From positions 224,001 through 288,000 of the forward strand of contig CAXNJO010000001.1 of NCBI GenBank assembly GCA_964202905.1: DNA of 64,000 bases, given 5' to 3'. Source of the DNA: Polyangiales bacterium (GTDB lineage: Bacteria; Myxococcota_A; Polyangia; Polyangiales; JADJQN01). Under the pieces are notes generated by a model, which ran no database searches, had not been told where the DNA came from, and saw nothing but the letters and a program-made list of their open reading frames with translations. Positions 59,551-64,000 of this stretch are shown here, piece after piece (the stretch's first letter is position 1; every line of letters starts with the position of its first letter). A program made the position numbers and the translations under genes.

Positions 59551-60921
59551 ATGACTCAGCGATCGTCGCTCTTCCAACGCTCCGCGCGCACGCCACGCGC
59601 GTCGCTCGCGCGGCTCACGGCCTTCGTCGCGGCGCTCTTCGCGCTCACCGGGTGTGGCGACGACGACGCCACGCCTGCCGTGGACGCGGGCGCCGCGGAC
59701 CTCGGCGCCGTGGATCTCGGCGCGCCGGATCTCGGGCCGGGGCGCGCGACGGCGTGCGGATTTGCGACGTTCCCCGCGGGCGTGGGGCTGCGGCGCAAGC
59801 CGTATTTGCAGAGCACCACGCCGACCTCGGTGCGGGTCGCGTGGACGACGACGAGCGCGGCGACGGGCGCGCCGACGGTGCGTGTCGCGACCTCGCCGGA
59901 CGGGCCGTGGACGACCGTGACGGCGGCGAGCGAGCTCTTCCCCACCTCGCGCACGGGGCAGCGCGGCGGCGATTACACGGCGCACGACGCGACGCTCACG
60001 GGGCTCTCGCCGGACACCGATTATTGCTACGAGGTGCGCGCCGGCGAGACGGTGCTCGCCAGCGGGCTCGCGCTGCACACGGCGTGGACGGGCGGCACGC
60101 GGCCGCTGACGCTGCTCGCGATCGGGGACAGCGGCACGGGGCTCCCGGGGCAACGGCGATTGCGCGATGTGATGCTGCGCGAGTCCCCGGATATCTTCTT
60201 GCACCTTGGCGACGTGGCCTATGGCGAAGGCACCTGGGGGCAGCTCGACGACTACTTCTTCACGATCTACGCGGATCTGCTGCACGGCGTGCCGTCGTTC
60301 CCCACGATTGGCAACCACGAATACGAGACGGCGGCGGGGCAGCCCTATCTCGACCTGTTCTACCTCTTCGAGCAGACGCGGCGGCCCGCGGATCAGGAGC
60401 GGTATTACGCGTTCGACTACGGAGACGTGCATTTCGTCTCGCTCGACTCGAACGGCGAGATGCTCGCGACCCTCGACGACACGGCCATGGACGACATGGC
60501 CGATTGGCTCACCGACGATCTCGCCGCGTCGACGGCGACGTGGAAGATCGCGTATTTCCATCACCCGCTCTACACCTCGACGGAGCGCACGCCGAGCGCA
60601 GAGTTGCGCGCGAAGATCCAGCCGATCCTCGTCGCGGGGGGCGTCGACCTCGTGCTCGCGGGGCACGTGCACAACTACGAGCGCACGGTGCCGCTCATCG
60701 ACGGCGCGCCCGCGACGGGCACCGACGCGATCACGTACATCGTCCAGGGCGCCGGCGGCTCACCGCTCGATGCGACCTCGCCCGACGCGCTCTACGCGGC
60801 GTCGAACGGGACCGATTACACCTATCTGCGCCTCACGATCGAGGGCTGCACGGCGACGGGCGCCGCGATCGCGGACGATGGCCGCATGGTCGACAGCTTC
60901 ACGCTGGACGGCTGCGAATGA
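59551..60921 (+). CDS. Purple acid phosphatase-like metallophosphoesterase lipoprotein (FN3 + calcineurin-like)
   Basis: Lipobox LTGC; LTGLSPDTDYCYEV; GDSG, GDVAY, GNHE, HHP and GHVH. Confidence 0.92.
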   Translation: MTQRSSLFQRSARTPRASLARLTAFVAALFALTGCGDDDATPAVDAGAADLGAVDLGAPDLGPGRATACGFATFPAGVGLRRKPYLQSTTPTSVRVAWTTTSAATGAPTVRVATSPDGPWTTVTAASELFPTSRTGQRGGDYTAHDATLTGLSPDTDYCYEVRAGETVLASGLALHTAWTGGTRPLTLLAIGDSGTGLPGQRRLRDVMLRESPDIFLHLGDVAYGEGTWGQLDDYFFTIYADLLHGVPSFPTIGNHEYETAAGQPYLDLFYLFEQTRRPADQERYYAFDYGDVHFVSLDSNGEMLATLDDTAMDDMADWLTDDLAASTATWKIAYFHHPLYTSTERTPSAELRAKIQPILVAGGVDLVLAGHVHNYERTVPLIDGAPATGTDAITYIVQGAGGSPLDATSPDALYAASNGTDYTYLRLTIEGCTATGAAIADDGRMVDSFTLDGCE

Positions 60922-61037
60922 TGGGCATCGGCGTCGGCGAGCTGATCGTGATCGGGATGATCTGCGCCGTACTCGGCGGCGGCGTCATCGGCCTCGCAGC
61001 GGTGCTCTGGGTGGTGATGCGGAAGAAGGGTGATTGA
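60918..61037 (+). CDS. 39-aa membrane microprotein with TatA-like N-terminus
   Basis: ATGA overlap with the phosphatase stop; MMGIGVGELIVIGMICAVLGGGVIGLAAVLWVVMRKKGD. Confidence 0.6.
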   Translation: MMGIGVGELIVIGMICAVLGGGVIGLAAVLWVVMRKKGD

Positions 61038-61073
61038 GAAGCGTGGGTGTCGGCCGCGCCGGGTGAAGGGGAT

Positions 61074-62069
61074 TCAAGCGCCATGCGCCGCGAGCAGCGG
61101 GCGCAACGCGGGATTCGGCGCGCGGTAGCTCACGACGGCGACATCGAGGCCCGCGTCCACGTGCAGGCGCAAAGCGCGGCCGAGCGCGTCGAGGATCCAC
61201 GACGCGGGGTTGCCGAAGGCGCCGCCGCCGACGAGCGTGAGCAACAACGTGCGGTTGCCGCTCTCGGCCGCCGCGAGGCGCGCGACGCAGAAGGTCGCCT
61301 CGTAGCTCGCCTGGAGGACGAGCCGCGCGAAGGGCTCCCACGCCGCAGCGGGCTCACGCGCATAGGCGACGGGGAGCGCGCTGCAATAGGCCTGCGTGAC
61401 GAGGTGACCCGCGCCCGCGTGCGTGACCTCGGTGCGGCCCTGCACGCCGATGCGGAGCGTCTCGCGGAGCGCGTCGCGGCCAGCGTCGTCGAGCGCATCG
61501 ATGTGTTTCGCGATCGCGGCGAGCCCTCCCGGGCGGGGAAGCGCATAGCCGTTCTGCATCGTGAAATGGCGACTCTTCTCGTTGCCGAGCGCCGCGCCGA
61601 GGTCCGCGAGCGCGTCGAGCTGCCGTGTCTCCGTCTGACCGACACCGTCCGGAAAGGCCGCAAAATAGTGGCGCTGAATCGTGCCGGCGCCGGCGGCGAG
61701 CGCGCAGGCGGGGCCCTGCGTGAGGTCGTGCTCGTAGCCCGCGAGGCCGTGCTCCGGCGTCACCTCGGGACTCACCATCTCGAGCAGGTTGAACTGCGAG
61801 GCGACCTGGAACGTGGCGCCGGCGTGCGCGGGCTCGGCGTGGAGGGCGCGCGAGTCGCCGACGCGCTCACGCAGCGTGGTGCGCCCGCCGGGGGCGAGGC
61901 CCGCGACGCGGCGGCGCAGCGCGCCGAGCGAGGGGAGCTCGAGCGTGCCGCACTCCCACGAGCGCCCGTCGTGTCGGTGGCGCAGGCGCGTACCGACGAC
62001 CTCGAGTGACGCACGCACCTCGTCGGCGCTGCCCTCGCGCACACCGGTCAACCGCTCGACCCAGCTCAT
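61074..62069 (-). CDS. Conserved hypothetical protein, possibly macrodomain/PARG-like fold
   Basis: AAGGA RBS; FQVASQFNLLEM, DLTQGPACA, ASYEAT and LTLVGGGAFGN; 331 aa. Confidence 0.7.
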   Translation of the reverse strand: MSWVERLTGVREGSADEVRASLEVVGTRLRHRHDGRSWECGTLELPSLGALRRRVAGLAPGGRTTLRERVGDSRALHAEPAHAGATFQVASQFNLLEMVSPEVTPEHGLAGYEHDLTQGPACALAAGAGTIQRHYFAAFPDGVGQTETRQLDALADLGAALGNEKSRHFTMQNGYALPRPGGLAAIAKHIDALDDAGRDALRETLRIGVQGRTEVTHAGAGHLVTQAYCSALPVAYAREPAAAWEPFARLVLQASYEATFCVARLAAAESGNRTLLLTLVGGGAFGNPASWILDALGRALRLHVDAGLDVAVVSYRAPNPALRPLLAAHGA

Positions 62070-62168
62070 GATGTGGATTCCTTCGTTCAGAGATGAAGGG
62101 GATTCACTGGATGCGAGAGTCGGAGTCGCGAACCCGAGAAGAACCCGAAGATCCAGGTCGATGCGGGC

Positions 62169-63812
62169 TCAGCGTCCGGCGATCCGCTCCTCCGACAGCC
62201 AGTGCAGATAGGATTCGAGGTTCGTATAACCCTCCACGCCCGTCTCGGCGCGGGAGAGATTCGTGCGGTTTCCGTCGGCGGGGTCGGCCGGATCGAGGCC
62301 GCGCGCGGACTCCCACGCATCGGGCATTCCGTCTCCGTCGGTGTCGGGGAGCCTCGAAGCCGTCATCGGCGCGCCGAAGAGATCACCGGCCGGATTGCCG
62401 ACCACGAGATCGCCATCGCCGTTGACGACCATCTCGCGGCCGTCGATCACGCGATCACGCACATAGCCCGTCATGCGCTGGTCGAAGCGGTCGCGCGGAA
62501 ACGCGCCCACGAGGCGCGCCGTCGCATCGAGCAGCGCGTCGCCCGAGGGCGTGTAGGTGATCGGCGGAAAGGGATGCCGCTCGCTGCGCGCCCACGGGGG
62601 CGGCGCGGCGGCCCACGGCGTGCCGCCCGTCGCGAGCGCGTCGGCGAAGTCGTTGTTGTTGTAGACGAGCGCCCAGTCACGCGCGCTCACGCCGCGCATC
62701 GTGGTGTCGGCGAGGTACATCGCGCTGCCGGCGAGGAGATCGGGGGGCGGCTCGATCGCGAGAAATCCAAAGGTGAGCGCGTCGGCCGGATCGTCGGCCA
62801 CGTGGTTGCCGACGAGGTTGAGCAGCCATGGCAGCGGCTCGTCGAAGCCGGGCGCCACGGACGTGATGTAGAGCGGCGCGCGCGTGCCCCAGAGCACGTT
62901 GTTGGAGAGTTCGATCCGCGCGGGCTCCGTATCCAGAACGTTCTCGCGGTTGATCTCCGGATAGCGCCCCGCGATGCGCACCCAGAGATTGTGGTGAATC
63001 GAGAGATCCGTCTGCGGGAATCCGCGCGCGGCGTCGGAGTAGTTGATCAGCATCCCGCCATAGCGACCGTGAGAACCGATCGTCTCTCCCAGGATCGTGT
63101 GCTGAAGGGTGATCGCGCGGGAGAAGCTCATTTGCACGGCTTCGTCGGCGGCGTTGCCGATCGAGACGTGGTCGACGATGCCGCGCACCGCGTGGTGGAA
63201 GCGCAGTGCGTCGCCGCCGCCGTCGCCATCGTCGTTCAGGGTGCGGATGCGGACGTGGCGGACGACGAAGTTCGCGGGGTGGCGTGACGGATTCGGGCAG
63301 CCGGAGGCCGCGTCCCCCTCGCAGACGACGTCGCCCTGCAACATCAGGCCGCCGATCGAGATGCCGCCCGGGGCCGTCTGACCGGCGATCGTGAAGTCAC
63401 CCGTCTCGGCGACGATCACGTCCGGGATGTGGCCGCCGACGTCGAAGACGATCGTGCGCGGGCCGGGCGCGTCGACGGCCTCCTGGAGCGAGCCGGGGCC
63501 ACCCGCTGCGAGCGAGGTGACGTGGATCACGCGGCCGCCACGACCGCCGTGCGCGAAGGCCCCGAAGCCCTCCGCACCGGGAAAAGCGGGGAGCGAGTCG
63601 GGAGCCCCACCACCGTCGTTCGCGCCTGCGTCGGTGGGCGGCGCGCTGCCGTCGCCGACCTCCGCGTCTCGCGGCGCGCTGGCGTCCACGCCCGCGTCGA
63701 CGGGCAGCGGGCCGCTGTCACGCCCCCCGTCACGCGGCGACGCCCCGCCATCCCCCCCGCACGCCACCAGCACGAGCGCCCCCGCACCTGCAAGCCAATG
63801 TCGACGCCGCAT
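62169..63812 (-). CDS. Pectate lyase-like (PL1-type beta-helix) lipoprotein
   Basis: GGAGG RBS; lipobox LVAC; PAFPGAEGFG..GGRGGRV..VT.L...GPGSL, TIAGQTAPG, IVDHVS, HHNLW..RYP and C-terminal DTDGDGMPDAWE..GYTNLESYL. Confidence 0.85.
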   Translation of the reverse strand: MRRRHWLAGAGALVLVACGGDGGASPRDGGRDSGPLPVDAGVDASAPRDAEVGDGSAPPTDAGANDGGGAPDSLPAFPGAEGFGAFAHGGRGGRVIHVTSLAAGGPGSLQEAVDAPGPRTIVFDVGGHIPDVIVAETGDFTIAGQTAPGGISIGGLMLQGDVVCEGDAASGCPNPSRHPANFVVRHVRIRTLNDDGDGGGDALRFHHAVRGIVDHVSIGNAADEAVQMSFSRAITLQHTILGETIGSHGRYGGMLINYSDAARGFPQTDLSIHHNLWVRIAGRYPEINRENVLDTEPARIELSNNVLWGTRAPLYITSVAPGFDEPLPWLLNLVGNHVADDPADALTFGFLAIEPPPDLLAGSAMYLADTTMRGVSARDWALVYNNNDFADALATGGTPWAAAPPPWARSERHPFPPITYTPSGDALLDATARLVGAFPRDRFDQRMTGYVRDRVIDGREMVVNGDGDLVVGNPAGDLFGAPMTASRLPDTDGDGMPDAWESARGLDPADPADGNRTNLSRAETGVEGYTNLESYLHWLSEERIAGR

Positions 63813-64000
63813 CGCCCCTCCTCCGCGGACTCCCACCGCGCGAGCGCCGAGGCTACCACCGCGCGCGTGCCCGACGGCCCTGCACGCCGGCCGCGCGGCC
63901 GAGCGCCGTCCCCGAAATGTCATCGTGCTGTAAGCAGAGTGTCCGCAGGCTTGATGCGGAGGTCCCCCCGATGCCGACGGTCCGCGCGCTCGCTCCGCTT

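Overview
Very GC-rich chromosomal region that looks like a myxobacterium of the Polyangiales/Sandaracinus type. This assignment is inferred from MYXO-CTERM, MopE-type Cys/Asp repeats, an AgmX/PglI-C-like protein, an FHA-GAF sigma54 activator, a Hanks kinase and many lipoproteins. Left end (1-3.2 kb): a lower-GC segment with a beta-carbonic anhydrase start, sulP and a ggt fragment, cut off by an internally deleted ISL3 element. Next come htpG and a quinone oxidoreductase, then a heavily frameshifted block (TPR protein, FGE-like lipoprotein, Ser/Thr kinase, Cys-rich lipoprotein; 6.6-12.6 kb). 12.6-33.4 kb: ubiA-type prenyltransferase, an active/inactive pair of ~1250-aa DUF3857-transglutaminase proteins, MBL and EEP hydrolases, a TolC-ABC-HlyD exporter, a truncated GST, a GH13 amylase, a PAS-PAS chemoreceptor and a GYF_2-YbjQ protein. 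33.7-50.8 kb: RHH-FHA protein with a lipoprotein, ftsK, a 1707-aa vWA/MopE/FGE-like surface protein, ChdC/Cld-like protein, bioA, Trm112-like protein, receiver, lnt and terC. 50.9-64 kb: a sigma54 activator with a candidate target promoter and lipoprotein operon, DUF3943, Cys-rich lipoproteins, a purple acid phosphatase, a macro/PARG-like protein and a pectate-lyase-like protein. The best candidate for a new system is the 1707-aa ORF, which has an internal MYXO-CTERM followed in frame by a second, lipoprotein-type signal peptide (a possible self-sorting polyprotein). Also notable are G-quadruplex-type REP-like tandem arrays, two small palindromic repeat families and frequent leaderless-type -10 boxes. 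Scattered single-base frameshifts may be long-read errors. No rRNA, tRNA or CRISPR array was seen. All family calls come from motif recognition, not database searches.
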